Source: Phycisphaerales bacterium (GTDB taxonomy: Bacteria > Planctomycetota > Phycisphaerae > Phycisphaerales > UBA1924). From it: 64,000 nucleotides of DNA. Shown here one piece after another: positions 36,907 to 46,861 of this stretch. Positions within the stretch are counted from its first letter, which is position 1. Every line of letters begins with the position of its first letter. Where the stretch lies: positions 13,458 to 77,457 of the forward strand of contig JAPKGU010000001.1 in the NCBI GenBank assembly GCA_026647565.1. The letters are read 5' to 3'. Made by a program: the position numbers and the translations under genes. Below the pieces are notes generated by a model. The model was not told where the DNA came from and made no database searches. It saw nothing but the letters and a program-made list of their open reading frames with translations.

Positions 36907-39381
36907 TCGCGTCCGCAACCTCAGGCTGTTGAGCACCACGCTGACGCTGCTGAACGCCATCGCCGCGCTCGCGATGATCGGCGAGAGCAGCCAACCCGTG
37001 AACGGGAACAGCACGCCCGCCGCGATTGGAATGCCGACGACGTTGTAGATGAACGCCCAGAAGAGGTTCTGCTTTATGGTGCGCATCGTCGCGTGCGAGA
37101 GGGCGATGGCCTCCGGCACGGTTCGCAGGTCGCCCCGCATCAGCGTGATGTCCGCGGACTCCATCGCAACGTCGGTGCCGGTTCCGACCGCGAGGCCCAC
37201 ATCGGCCTGCGCGAGCGCGGGGGCATCGTTGATGCCGTCGCCGACCATTCCCACGACGTGCCCCTCGGCCTGAAGGGCTTTGACCTTGTCCGCCTTGTCC
37301 TTGGGCAGTACCTCCGCGAACACCAGGTCCACGCCGACCTGGGAGGCGACCGCTTCGGCCGTCCGCTGATTGTCGCCGGTCATCATCACCACGCGGAGCC
37401 CCAGCGCGTGCATCGTGGCGATGGCGTCCTTCGACTCTGGCCGCACCGTGTCCGCGACCGCAATGATCCCCGCTTCGCGGCCGTCGACGGCAACGTACAT
37501 GGGCGTGCGCCCCAGCGCCGCCAGACCCGCGGCCTTCTCCGCCAGCGCGGACTGGATGCTGCGCTGAGCCAGCAACGCCGCCTTGCCGACCAACACCGCG
37601 TGCCTATCCACCTGGGCTTCGACGCCGTGCCCAACCACAGCCTGGAAGCCGAGTGGCTCGGTGAGCGACAGTCCGCGTACTGTGGCCTCGCGGACGATCG
37701 CCGCGGCGAGCGGGTGCTCGCTGTGCTGCTCGGCCGATGCAGCCAGTCGAAGCACCTCGCGCTCATCGAGAAGGCCCGCAGGGGCCGGGATGATGTCCGT
37801 CACGGCGGGCTTGCCGTGCGTGATGGTTCCCGTTTTGTCGAGCACGATGGCGGTGAGCTTGTGGGCGGTCTCTAGGGCCTCGCCGCCCTTGATGAGAATG
37901 CCCTTCTCCGCGCCACGGCCCGTGCCGACCATGATCGCCGTCGGTGTTGCCAGCCCCAGCGCGCACGGGCAGGCGATGATGAGCACCGAGACGGCCGTGA
38001 CCAGCGCCATGCTGAGCCGCGAGTCCACCGGCGAGGTGAACCACCAGGCTACGAACGTCACGAGGGCGATCGCGATGACGATGGGGACAAACACGCCACT
38101 GATCCTGTCGGCCAAGCGGGCGATTGGGGCCTTGCTCCCCTGGGCCTCCTGCACGAGCCGCACGATCTGCTGGAGCGCCGAGTCCGCTCCCACCTTGGTC
38201 GCCACCAGTCGCAGCGCGCCGGTCGTGTTCATCGTCGCACCGAAGACGCTATCGCCGGCCGCCTTCTCCACCGGGACACTCTCGCCGGTGAGCATCGACT
38301 CATCCACGGCGGACTGTCCACTCTCAACTTTGCCGTCCACGGGGATCTTCTCACCGGGACGCACCAGCACACGATCACCAACGACGACAGATTCGATTGG
38401 CACGTCCTGCTCGGTGCCGTTGCGCACGATACGAGCGGTCCGAGCCTGCATGCCGATGAGACGCTTGATGGCCGCACTCGTCCGGCCCGTGGCCCGGGCC
38501 TCGAAGTACTTGCCCAGCAGGATCAGCACGATGATGACCGCGGCGGCCTCGTAGTACACGGGCACCATGACCATGTCGCCCATGGTGCCTTCGGCGTGTG
38601 CGGTATGAGCCACGGCTCCGCTCACTCCAGCGAAGAATCCTGGCCAAATCGTTGCGGCGAGCGAATAGAGGTACGCCGCGCCGGTGCCCATCGCTACGAG
38701 CGTGTCCATGTTCGCGCTGAAGTGCCGCAGACCCTTCCATGCGGAGCGAAAGAACTGCCACCCGCACCAGAACATGACAGGCGTCGTCAGGGCGAGCTGG
38801 AGCCAGTTGATCCACGATACGTTGAACGCCTCGATCTCTCCGTGCGACATGGCGATGACCAGCACCGGCAGCGCGAGCACCGTGCCGACGATCATCTTGG
38901 TGAGCAGTCGACGCGTCTCGGTCTCGCCGACGTTCATGTGGGCCGAGTGATCCTCACGCTCAGCACCGCGGCTCATCGTGTGCCCGGCGTGCTCCCCCGT
39001 TGTCTGCGCCGCGAGCATGGCCGCGTGGTCGTGGCCGGCGTGACCGTGCGCTGGATTCACCGCGTTGTGCCGTGCCTTGGGTACGACGGCCTTGTAACCG
39101 ATGTCGTCTACCGCCTTCGCCAGCTTCTCCGGCCCGACTGCGGCTGGGTCGTACTTCACCGTCGCCACCTTGGTGGCGAAGTTTACGCTCGCGGAGGTGA
39201 CGCCGGGCTGCTTCGCCAGGCGCTTCTCGATGCGCGAAGCGCACGAGGCGCACGTCATGCCTTCGATAGGCAAATCGCAGCGCTCAATCGCGGGTTGTGG
39301 AGGGTACAATTGCCCGGAAGAGTGCGAGGTATCGCTGCCGTGCGAGTGCGCACGGTCATCGCCAAGATTCGTCGTGGTCAT
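36895..39381 (-). CDS. copA: Copper-translocating P1B-type ATPase
   Basis: HMA domain [16 protein letters not shown] motif [17 protein letters not shown] phosphorylation site and [10 protein letters not shown]. His-rich linkers. Confidence 0.9.
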   Translation of the reverse strand: MTTTNLGDDRAHSHGSDTSHSSGQLYPPQPAIERCDLPIEGMTCASCASRIEKRLAKQPGVTSASVNFATKVATVKYDPAAVGPEKLAKAVDDIGYKAVVPKARHNAVNPAHGHAGHDHAAMLAAQTTGEHAGHTMSRGAEREDHSAHMNVGETETRRLLTKMIVGTVLALPVLVIAMSHGEIEAFNVSWINWLQLALTTPVMFWCGWQFFRSAWKGLRHFSANMDTLVAMGTGAAYLYSLAATIWPGFFAGVSGAVAHTAHAEGTMGDMVMVPVYYEAAAVIIVLILLGKYFEARATGRTSAAIKRLIGMQARTARIVRNGTEQDVPIESVVVGDRVLVRPGEKIPVDGKVESGQSAVDESMLTGESVPVEKAAGDSVFGATMNTTGALRLVATKVGADSALQQIVRLVQEAQGSKAPIARLADRISGVFVPIVIAIALVTFVAWWFTSPVDSRLSMALVTAVSVLIIACPCALGLATPTAIMVGTGRGAEKGILIKGGEALETAHKLTAIVLDKTGTITHGKPAVTDIIPAPAGLLDEREVLRLAASAEQHSEHPLAAAIVREATVRGLSLTEPLGFQAVVGHGVEAQVDRHAVLVGKAALLAQRSIQSALAEKAAGLAALGRTPMYVAVDGREAGIIAVADTVRPESKDAIATMHALGLRVVMMTGDNQRTAEAVASQVGVDLVFAEVLPKDKADKVKALQAEGHVVGMVGDGINDAPALAQADVGLAVGTGTDVAMESADITLMRGDLRTVPEAIALSHATMRTIKQNLFWAFIYNVVGIPIAAGVLFPFTGWLLSPIIASAAMAFSSVSVVLNSLRLRTRSAR

Positions 39382-39423
39382 GTCTGTCGCCTTTGTGCGT
39401 TGTCGCGGGGCGCGGGGTAGCGC

Positions 39424-39876
39424 TCAGCGTGCAATCCTTCCGACCAGTTCGATCAGTTCTTCGATCATCGCGTCCTGCTGCTGTTTGTCACCGTGCATCG
39501 CGCGGCTCGCGCAATGCCCGAGGTGGTTCCGCAGCAGGTTCTTCGCCACGGCTCGCAGGGACTCCTGCACCGCCGCGCACTGCTGGATGATGTCGGCGCA
39601 GTAGCGGTCCTCCTGGATCATCGCGGCGATGCCGCGGACTTGGCCCTCAATGCGTTTGAGGTGCTTGAGGTTGGCGGCCTTAAGCCCAGAGTCGACACCC
39701 GCGGCGTGGGCTCCGGGGCCTACGCCTTCATGTGCGCCTGCCCTTGCGCTTGTCGCCGCGCAGCCGCAGCACGCCGACGGCGTGGCCAGCGCGTCCGAAG
39801 CGGTGGAAGTGCCGTGGCCGCTGAGTGACGGACTGAGAGTCTCGATGCGTGGTTCGTTGTTCTTGCGGTTCTTCAT
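39424..39876 (-). CDS. csoR: CsoR/RcnR family metal-sensing repressor with ~60-aa N-terminal extension
   Basis: LKRIEGQVRGIAAMIQEDRYCADIIQQCAAVQESL...HLGHC matches the CsoR (DUF156) pattern. GAAGGA precedes the ATG at 39876. Confidence 0.8.
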   Translation of the reverse strand: MKNRKNNEPRIETLSPSLSGHGTSTASDALATPSACCGCAATSARAGAHEGVGPGAHAAGVDSGLKAANLKHLKRIEGQVRGIAAMIQEDRYCADIIQQCAAVQESLRAVAKNLLRNHLGHCASRAMHGDKQQQDAMIEELIELVGRIAR

Positions 39877-39881
39877 GGCTG

Positions 39882-41519
39882 ATGTTCCTTCGGACGAACT
39901 CCTGCGAAAGCGTCGGCGAAACCCCGGACGGCAGCGTCCAGTGCGTCCTCGACGGCGACCTCTACAACCGCGCGGACGTCCGCAAATTCGTCACCTCCCG
40001 CACCCGCGACCTCCGCACCGACTCCAACGCCGAACTCATCGCCCACCTCTGGCAGGCCAAGGGACGCGACATGCTCATGTCCCTCCGCGGCGGCTACGCC
40101 CTCGCCATCCTCGACCGCGCCAACAGCACCCTCTTCGTCGCCCGCGACGCCCTCGGCCACCGCCCCCTGTTCGTCTACGAGGGACACGAGGGCTGGGCGG
40201 TCGGCTCCGACCTGCGCGCCGTCCTCGCCTGGCCCGCCACCCGCCCCGCTCTCGAAACCCGCGCCCTCGACCACTTCCTCGCCTACCACATCCCCCCCCA
40301 GCCCCTCACGCTCTTCCGGAACGTCCGGAAAATCCTCCCGGCCGGCTGGCTGGAAATCCGGAACGGCCGCGTCGAGGAAGGCCGGTACTGGGAACCGACC
40401 TACTACGACCCCGCCGGTCAGAATCCCGACGAGGTCGCCCAGCACGCGTTCAGCTACCTGTTCGAAAGCGTCAAGGCCCACACGCGCGACCTGGACCGAC
40501 CGACCGTCTGCCTCGAGGGCGACCCGTACAGCGCCGTCCTCGCCGGGCTCGCGTCGCTGGCGAAGCGCGGGCGATTCACGACGTTTTCGCTCAAACACGC
40601 CTGGATCCCCGCCGAAACCCGGAGCGGAACCGCCGCTGCGGTGGCGCGGTTCGGATGCCCGCACCACGAGGAGGAGGTTGCGGGGTCCATCGCCGAGCTG
40701 CTCGACGCCATCGCGGACGTGAACATCGAGGGGCTCCCGATCTCCCGGATGGCGCAGGCGATGCTGTTCGCGGGAAGCGCTTCGGCGTCCTCGCCGGGGG
40801 TGCTGACGGCCGCGGGCGGAGAGCTCTACTGGCTGGCGGGGCGCCGGCCGGTGCCGCCGCCGCTCTCCACGCTCGGCGCCTGGCGGCAGGTGAAGGAGTC
40901 GGGCGGGTCTTCGGCCGGGCTTTCCGTCGCGCTGCGGGCGGAATTCGAGGCGCGGATGACGGTGCCGACGGCGGAGCGTGCGTCGCTCGCGGGGCGCCCC
41001 GGGATCCCGGCGCTCGACGCGGTGACGGAGGTGATGAAGCACGCGGCAACGCCGGGAGAGGCGTCGGCGGCGGCCTATGTGGACGCCGCGTGCTTCCTCC
41101 CCGACCTCTTCATCAGCCCGATCCAGGCCGCCTGTCGCGCCCGTGGATTCCCGGCCCGTTCGCCGCTGGCGGATCCGAGCGCGGTCCAGCTGCTGGTCCC
41201 GGTGGTGCACTCGCTCGCCGGGCAGAATCCCCTGCAGGGGCTCCGCCGGGTCTTCGAGTCGCTCGTCCCGGAAGACGCGTTCTGGAATGCGCGCTGGTCG
41301 CGCCCGGAGGACTGGGAGACCGCGACCTGGCGCGAGCTCGGCGAGCGCGCCTGCGACTCGCTCACCGAGCGGCGCTCCCTCGAGCGCGGCCTCTTCGAAG
41401 GCTCGCACGTCCGCCGGCTGGTCGAGGACCAGCGCGCCGGCCGGGAGCGCAACGAGCGCAAGCTGCTGCTGCTGTTCGCCCTTGAACTCTGGATGCGGAG
41501 CGGCATCGACCCCCGCTGA
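39882..41519 (+). CDS. Asparagine synthase-like protein lacking the N-terminal Cys nucleophile and with a degenerate PP-loop (possible pseudoenzyme or truncated gene)
   Basis: Aligns with the intact AsnB at 46862 from ...TPDGSVQCVLDGDLYN onward. The MCG N-terminus is absent. SGGIDS is replaced by EGDPYS (TVCLEGDPYSAVLAGLAS versus VGCYLSGGIDSTIVSGLAS). Confidence 0.6.
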   Translation: MFLRTNSCESVGETPDGSVQCVLDGDLYNRADVRKFVTSRTRDLRTDSNAELIAHLWQAKGRDMLMSLRGGYALAILDRANSTLFVARDALGHRPLFVYEGHEGWAVGSDLRAVLAWPATRPALETRALDHFLAYHIPPQPLTLFRNVRKILPAGWLEIRNGRVEEGRYWEPTYYDPAGQNPDEVAQHAFSYLFESVKAHTRDLDRPTVCLEGDPYSAVLAGLASLAKRGRFTTFSLKHAWIPAETRSGTAAAVARFGCPHHEEEVAGSIAELLDAIADVNIEGLPISRMAQAMLFAGSASASSPGVLTAAGGELYWLAGRRPVPPPLSTLGAWRQVKESGGSSAGLSVALRAEFEARMTVPTAERASLAGRPGIPALDAVTEVMKHAATPGEASAAAYVDAACFLPDLFISPIQAACRARGFPARSPLADPSAVQLLVPVVHSLAGQNPLQGLRRVFESLVPEDAFWNARWSRPEDWETATWRELGERACDSLTERRSLERGLFEGSHVRRLVEDQRAGRERNERKLLLLFALELWMRSGIDPR

Positions 41520-41544
41520 GCCCATTTTCTGTGGAGACACCCTG

Positions 41545-42717
41545 GTGAAAGTTCCCCTGCTCGACCTTGTCGGCCAGTACAAGTCCATCCAGAGCGAGAT
41601 TCAGGCGGCGATCGCGCCGGTCATGGAATCGCAGATGCTGATTCTCGGCGCGACCGTCGAGAAGTTCGAGGCGGCGATGGCCGAGCTGACGGGGGTGAAG
41701 CACTCGATCGCGATGTCGAGCGGCTCGGACGCGATCCTGATCGCGGCGATGGGGCTCGGGCTCGGGCGCGAGGATGACGTGATCGTGCCGAGTTTCACGT
41801 TTTTCGCGACGGCCGGGTGCATCGCGCGGCTGGGGATCCGGCCGGTCTTCGCGGACATCGACCCGAAGACTTACTGTCTCTCGCCGGACGCGGTGACGGC
41901 GCTGATCGCCAGGGACTACGTGGTGAAAAAGGACGGCGCGCCGCCCGTGAACAGGAAGACCGGGAGGGCGCTCCGGGGAATCATGCCGGTCCACCTCTAC
42001 GGGCAGTGCGCCGACATGGACGCGTTCCTGAAGATCGGGGAGATCTACGGAATCCCGATCATCGAGGACGCCGCGCAGGCGATCGACGCCCACTACCAGG
42101 GGCGCCCCGCCGGGTCGATGGGGACCATCAGCTGCTTCTCGTTCTACCCGACCAAGAACCTCGGCGCGTTCGGGGACGCCGGACATGTCGTCACCCCCGA
42201 TCCGAAACTCGGGGACCTGATCCGCAAACTCCGCGTCCACGGCGGCCACCAGCGCTACTACCACGACATCGTCGGGATCAACGGGCGGATGGACGCGATC
42301 CAGGCCGCCGTCCTCTCCGTCAAGATCCGGCACCTGAAGGGCTGGATCCGCGCCCGGCAGGAACGCGCCGCACGGTACGCCGCGCTCTTCGCGAAACACG
42401 GGCTGACCGGCACCGTCACCCTCCCGTTCACCGCGCCGGACCGCGATCACACCTGGCACCAGTACGTCATCCGCGCCCCGCGCCGCGATGCCCTCCGCGA
42501 CCACCTCAAGGCCGCGGAGGTCGGCAGCGAGGTCTACTACCCGCTCCCCCTCCACATGCAGTCCTGCTTCGCCGATCTCGGCTGCCGCGAGGGCGACCTC
42601 CCCGAATCGGAGAAGGCCGCGAAGGAGGTGCTGGCCCTTCCCATCTACCCCGAACTCTCCGAGGAACAGCAGGGCTGGGTCGTCGCGAAGATCGCGGAGT
42701 TCTACGGGAAACGGTAA
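41545..42717 (+). CDS. DegT/DnrJ/EryC1/StrS family sugar aminotransferase
   Basis: VPLLDLVGQYKSI, VIVPSFTFFATA and SFYPTKNLGAFGDAG (PLP-lysine context). GTG at 41545 with GGAG 8 nt upstream. Confidence 0.85.
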   Translation: MKVPLLDLVGQYKSIQSEIQAAIAPVMESQMLILGATVEKFEAAMAELTGVKHSIAMSSGSDAILIAAMGLGLGREDDVIVPSFTFFATAGCIARLGIRPVFADIDPKTYCLSPDAVTALIARDYVVKKDGAPPVNRKTGRALRGIMPVHLYGQCADMDAFLKIGEIYGIPIIEDAAQAIDAHYQGRPAGSMGTISCFSFYPTKNLGAFGDAGHVVTPDPKLGDLIRKLRVHGGHQRYYHDIVGINGRMDAIQAAVLSVKIRHLKGWIRARQERAARYAALFAKHGLTGTVTLPFTAPDRDHTWHQYVIRAPRRDALRDHLKAAEVGSEVYYPLPLHMQSCFADLGCREGDLPESEKAAKEVLALPIYPELSEEQQGWVVAKIAEFYGKR

Positions 42718-42779
42718 GCGGGGAATGCCGGCCCGCTCCGGCGCGTTCTCAGTCCACATGCCATCACAAGGGGAGACTC

Positions 42780-43025
42780 ATGCCTGAACCGAAGATCGCC
42801 GCACGTTCGCCGTACAAGTCCGAGCTCGCCGCCGGGACCTACGCCTGGTGTTCCTGCGGGCACTCGGCGAAACAGCCGTTCTGCGACGGCTCCCACAAGG
42901 GGACCGGATTTTCCCCGAAGATGTTCGAGATGAAGGAAAAGGCCTTCGTCGCGCTCTGCATGTGCAAGCACTCCGCGAACGGCGAACGGTGCGACGGCTC
43001 GCACAAGTCGCTCCCGCCGGCCTGA
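42780..43025 (+). CDS. CDGSH iron-sulfur domain protein (two CDGSH motifs)
   Basis: CSCGHSAKQPFCDGSHK and CMCKHSANGERCDGSHK. AAGGGGAG precedes the ATG. Confidence 0.8.
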   Translation: MPEPKIAARSPYKSELAAGTYAWCSCGHSAKQPFCDGSHKGTGFSPKMFEMKEKAFVALCMCKHSANGERCDGSHKSLPPA

Positions 43026-43104
43026 TCGCGCCGCCCGCCGCTCCTTAGTTCTGGACCGGCGGGCGCCGGGCGCGAGAATGGACCTTTCCCCACGGAGGCC
43101 GGAT

Positions 43105-43470
43105 ATGCCTGCGCCCGTCTGCCACGTCGAGATCCCGGTCAGGAACATGGCCCGCGCGAAGAAGTTCTACCGCGCACTGTTCGGCTGGGCGTTCAAGCAG
43201 TTCTCGCCGCGGTACGTGATGTTCGACACGGGGGTGCGGCCTGGCGGGGCGCTGGTGAAGATCGACGGCCCGATCGGCGGGGACCACGCGACGGTCTATC
43301 TCCGCGTGGACTCGATCGGCGAGACGCTGCGCGCGGCGAAGGCGTTCGGCGTCGACGTGCCGACGAAGAAGTCCGAAATCGGCGGCGAGGGCGCGTTCAT
43401 CGCGCACCTCCGCGACACCGAGGGGAACAAGATCGGGCTGTTCGAAGAGGTCACGGCGGAGCTGGCCTGA
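43105..43470 (+). CDS. VOC (glyoxalase/bleomycin-resistance) family protein
   Basis: HVEIPVRNMARAKKFYRALFGW and AHLRDTEGNKIGLFE. GGAGG lies 5 nt before the ATG. Confidence 0.7.
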   Translation: MPAPVCHVEIPVRNMARAKKFYRALFGWAFKQFSPRYVMFDTGVRPGGALVKIDGPIGGDHATVYLRVDSIGETLRAAKAFGVDVPTKKSEIGGEGAFIAHLRDTEGNKIGLFEEVTAELA

Positions 43471-43561
43471 GCCGCGTTCCGCCCATGGGGCCGGCGGGGG
43501 GCGCGCGGACGCCGAGAAGCGTTGACGGGGAGGGTCCGCGCCCGGAAGGTAGGGCGCACCC

Positions 43562-44701
43562 GTGCGCATCCTGATCGTCACCGGCACGTTCCACCCCGAG
43601 GCAGGCGGTCCTCCGCGCTACCTCCTGAATCTCGCGACGGACCTGGTCCGCGCGGGGCACGGGGTGGAGGTGGTGACGCTCGGGGAGCCGCACGACCACC
43701 CCTACCCGTTCCCCGTGACGCGCATTTCGCGGAAACAGCCGGTCCCGCTTCGCCTCGCCCGCCTCTCGGTGGAGGTCGTCCGCCGGGCCGCGCGGGCCGA
43801 CCTGCTCTACGTGAACGACCACGGGCTCGCCCCGGCGGTCGTCAACCTGGCGCTGCGAAAACCGATGGTGATGAAGATCGTCGGCGACTTTTCCTGGGAG
43901 TGGTCGGTGCGCCACGGGCACACGAAGGAGAACATCGACGAGTTCCAGGACCTCCCGCATGCGCCGAAGGTCGCCCTGGTGCGCGCCCTCCAGACGTTCT
44001 ATTCGCGCCGCGCCGACCGGATCGTGACGCCGAGCCGGTATCTGGCGGGGATCGTCGCCGGGTGGGGGGTCGACCCGGGGAGGATCAGGGTGGTGCATAA
44101 CGCGGTCGACCCTGCGAAGTATCCGTTCCCCGAGTCCCGCGCCGCCGCGCAGGCGCTTCTGGGCCTGGAGGGGCGGTTCGTGGTGACGGTGGCGCGGCTG
44201 ACGCCGTGGAAGGGCGTGGACGCGCTGATCCGGGTGCTGCCGCGGATGCCGGCCGGGTGGCGGCTGCTGGTGGTCGGCGACGGGCCGGAGCGGGCGAGGC
44301 TGGAGGCGCAGGCGCAGGCCGCCGGATTGACGCAGCGCGTCATTTTCACCGGGGAGGTTGCGCAGGAGAAGGTCCCGGCATACATGAAGGCGTCGGACAT
44401 CTTCGCGCTCTACACCGGGTACGAGGGGCTTTCGCACGTCCTGCTCGAATGCCTCCTGGCCGGGCTGCCGGCGGTGGCGACGCGGAAGGGCGGGAACCCG
44501 GAGGTGGTGCGGGACGGCGAGAACGGGCTGCTGGTCCCGTGGGGGGACGAGGAGGCGCTGGGCGCGACGCTTGCCGGGCTGGCGTCCGACGACGCGCTCC
44601 GCGCCCGGCTCGCGGAGGGGGCGCGGCGCGCGGCCGCGGACTTCGACTGGAGCCGGCTGCTCCGTGCCACGACGGCGGTCTTCGAGGAGGTCGCGGGATG
44701 A
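43562..44701 (+). CDS. Glycosyltransferase family 4
   Basis: RILIVTGTFHPEAGG N-terminus and C-terminal GYEGLSHVLLECLLAGLPAVATRKGGNPEVV. Confidence 0.8.
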   Translation: MRILIVTGTFHPEAGGPPRYLLNLATDLVRAGHGVEVVTLGEPHDHPYPFPVTRISRKQPVPLRLARLSVEVVRRAARADLLYVNDHGLAPAVVNLALRKPMVMKIVGDFSWEWSVRHGHTKENIDEFQDLPHAPKVALVRALQTFYSRRADRIVTPSRYLAGIVAGWGVDPGRIRVVHNAVDPAKYPFPESRAAAQALLGLEGRFVVTVARLTPWKGVDALIRVLPRMPAGWRLLVVGDGPERARLEAQAQAAGLTQRVIFTGEVAQEKVPAYMKASDIFALYTGYEGLSHVLLECLLAGLPAVATRKGGNPEVVRDGENGLLVPWGDEEALGATLAGLASDDALRARLAEGARRAAADFDWSRLLRATTAVFEEVAG

Positions 44702-45828
44702 GCCGCCCCCTCCGGGTCCTGTCGATCTCGCTCGATCGGTCGCTTCTCACCTCGGGCACGAACGCCGGGGACGCCGTCGCCCGCCATGTGCATCTGGCGA
44801 GCTCGCTCGGCCGGCTCGCGATGGTCGTGTATTCGCCGCGCACGGGGTACGAGGCGCGCCGTCACGCCCCGAACTTCACCGTCGAGCCGACGCGTTCGCT
44901 CTCGCGCGTGCTGTTCCCGATCGACGCCGTCCGGCTCGCCACGCGGCTGGGGCGCGCCGAGGCGTTCGACCTCGTCACCTGCCAGGACCCGTTTGCGACG
45001 GGGATCGCCGCCTGGCGCGTCGCCCGCCGCCTCGGCCTCCCGCTCAACGTCCAGGTGCACTTCGACTTCATGGCGAACGAGTGGTGGATGCAGGAGCGGT
45101 TCCGTCACCGCCCGGCGGCCGCGTTCGCGCGGTGGCTGCTGAAGCGGGCGACGACGGTCCGGGTGGGGACGACCCGGGAGCGGGAGAAGTTCATCGCCGC
45201 GGGGTTCGCGCCGGACCGGGTGTTCTGCGTCCCGGTCGCGGTCGACGTCGCGGGGACTCCCGGCCGGGCGCAGCGGGATTTCCGCGCCGAGTTTCTGCGC
45301 CCGCCGTACCGGCGGCTCGTGGCGGCGGCGGGGCGGATGGTGGACCAGAAGGATTTCCCGACGCTGCTCAAGGCGGCCGCCCTCCTCCCGCCCGACACCC
45401 TCGTCGTGATCGCCGGGGACGGCCCGCGCCGCGCCGCGCTCTCCGCCGCCGCCCCGCCGAACGTCCTCCTCCCCGGCGCCCTCCCCCACGCCGACGTCCG
45501 CGACCTGTTCCGCGCCGCGGATGTCTTCGCCCTCTCGAGCATCTACGAGGGAACCGGGCTGGTGATGGTCGAGGCCGCGGCGGCGAAGAAGCCGATCGTC
45601 GCGACCGACGTCGCCGGCACCGGCGACATCGTGATCCCGGGGGTGACCGGATTCGTCGTCCCGATCCGCGACGCCGTCGCCCTCGCCGCCCGCATCGCCG
45701 AGCTGCTCGACGATCCCCACCGCGCCGCCGGGATGGGCCGCCGCGGCCGCGACCACGTCCTCGCCACCTTCGGCCCCGCGAAAACCGAGGCCGGCCTCCT
45801 CGAGATGTGGCGGAGAACCGCCCGGTGA
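44698..45828 (+). CDS. Glycosyltransferase family 4
   Basis: ATGA overlap with the upstream gene. C-terminal SSIYEGTGLVMVEAAAAKKPIVATDVAGTGDIV. Confidence 0.75.
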   Translation: MSRPLRVLSISLDRSLLTSGTNAGDAVARHVHLASSLGRLAMVVYSPRTGYEARRHAPNFTVEPTRSLSRVLFPIDAVRLATRLGRAEAFDLVTCQDPFATGIAAWRVARRLGLPLNVQVHFDFMANEWWMQERFRHRPAAAFARWLLKRATTVRVGTTREREKFIAAGFAPDRVFCVPVAVDVAGTPGRAQRDFRAEFLRPPYRRLVAAAGRMVDQKDFPTLLKAAALLPPDTLVVIAGDGPRRAALSAAAPPNVLLPGALPHADVRDLFRAADVFALSSIYEGTGLVMVEAAAAKKPIVATDVAGTGDIVIPGVTGFVVPIRDAVALAARIAELLDDPHRAAGMGRRGRDHVLATFGPAKTEAGLLEMWRRTAR

Positions 45829-46826
45829 AGGTCCTCTTCCTCACCCAGGTCGTGGACCCCTCCTCCGACCTCCTCGGGTTCGTCCCTTCCTGGATCCGCG
45901 CCCTCTCCCGCCGCGTCGAGACACTGTACGTCCTCGCCGGCCGCGTCCGCCCCTGCGACCTCCCGGCCAACGTCGAAGTCGCCTCGCTCGGCAAGGAAAC
46001 CGGCCGCGGCCGCCTCGCCCGCCTCGCCCGTTTCTACCTCGGCCTCCGCCACGCCGTGAACGGCGGCGCCGATCTCATCTTCGCCCACATGAACCCGGAA
46101 TACGTCCTCGCCGCCGCCCCCGTCTCCCCCGTCCCCGTCGTCCTCTGGTACACCCACACCGCGGTCACCGCCCGCCTGAAACTTGCCGCGCGCCTCGCCC
46201 GCCGGATCGTCACCGCCACCCCCGGCTCCTGCCGCCTCCCGTCGCGCAAGGTCCGCGTCGTCGGCCACGGGATCGACCTCTCCCTGTTCCCGCCGTCGCC
46301 TCCCCCCGGCAGCGCACGGATCCTGACCGTCGGGCGGCTCGATGCGGTGAAGGATGTCGAAACGCTGATCGAGGGGATCGCCCTTCTCCGCCGCACCGAG
46401 CCGGCCGCCCGACTCGTCGTGGCCGGCGACGGGCCGCTCCGGGGAAAACTCGAAGCGCTGGCGCGCGAGCGCGGCGTCCCCGCGCAGTTCCTGGGGAGCG
46501 TTCCGTACCCGGAAATCCCGCGGCTCTACCGCGAGTGCGACCTGTTCGTCAGCGCCAGCCGGGGGGCGCTGGACAAGGTGATCCTGGAAGCGATGGCGAG
46601 CGGACGGCCGGCGGTCGCGTGCTCCGAGGCCGCGCACGGCGTGGTCGACGCTCCGTTCCGGTTCGCGCCCGGGGATGCGGCGGGACTGGCGGCGGCCGCG
46701 GCCCGCGCTCTCGCCGGCGACCGCGCCGCGCTCGGGACGGCCGCACGGGAGCGCGTCGGTCGGGAGCACGGGCTGGACGCGCTGATGGGCCGGATCGTGG
46801 ACGTCTTCGGCGAAGCCCTGCGGTGA
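45825..46826 (+). CDS. Glycosyltransferase family 4
   Basis: GTGA overlap. VKVLFLTQV N-terminus and C-terminal ALDKVILEAMASGRPAVA. Confidence 0.75.
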   Translation: MKVLFLTQVVDPSSDLLGFVPSWIRALSRRVETLYVLAGRVRPCDLPANVEVASLGKETGRGRLARLARFYLGLRHAVNGGADLIFAHMNPEYVLAAAPVSPVPVVLWYTHTAVTARLKLAARLARRIVTATPGSCRLPSRKVRVVGHGIDLSLFPPSPPPGSARILTVGRLDAVKDVETLIEGIALLRRTEPAARLVVAGDGPLRGKLEALARERGVPAQFLGSVPYPEIPRLYRECDLFVSASRGALDKVILEAMASGRPAVACSEAAHGVVDAPFRFAPGDAAGLAAAAARALAGDRAALGTAARERVGREHGLDALMGRIVDVFGEALR

Positions 46827-46861
46827 TGGCGCCCGCCGCGCCGGCGCGGTAGCCTCACCCC

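Noticed and set aside
39405-39425. GCGGGGTAG in the copA-csoR spacer matching the first 9 nt of the tRNA-Met gene, considered as a possible att repeat
   Set aside because: It is only a 9-nt match, and to the 5' end rather than the 3' end of the tRNA. In GC-rich DNA this is expected by chance, and there is no extended identity.
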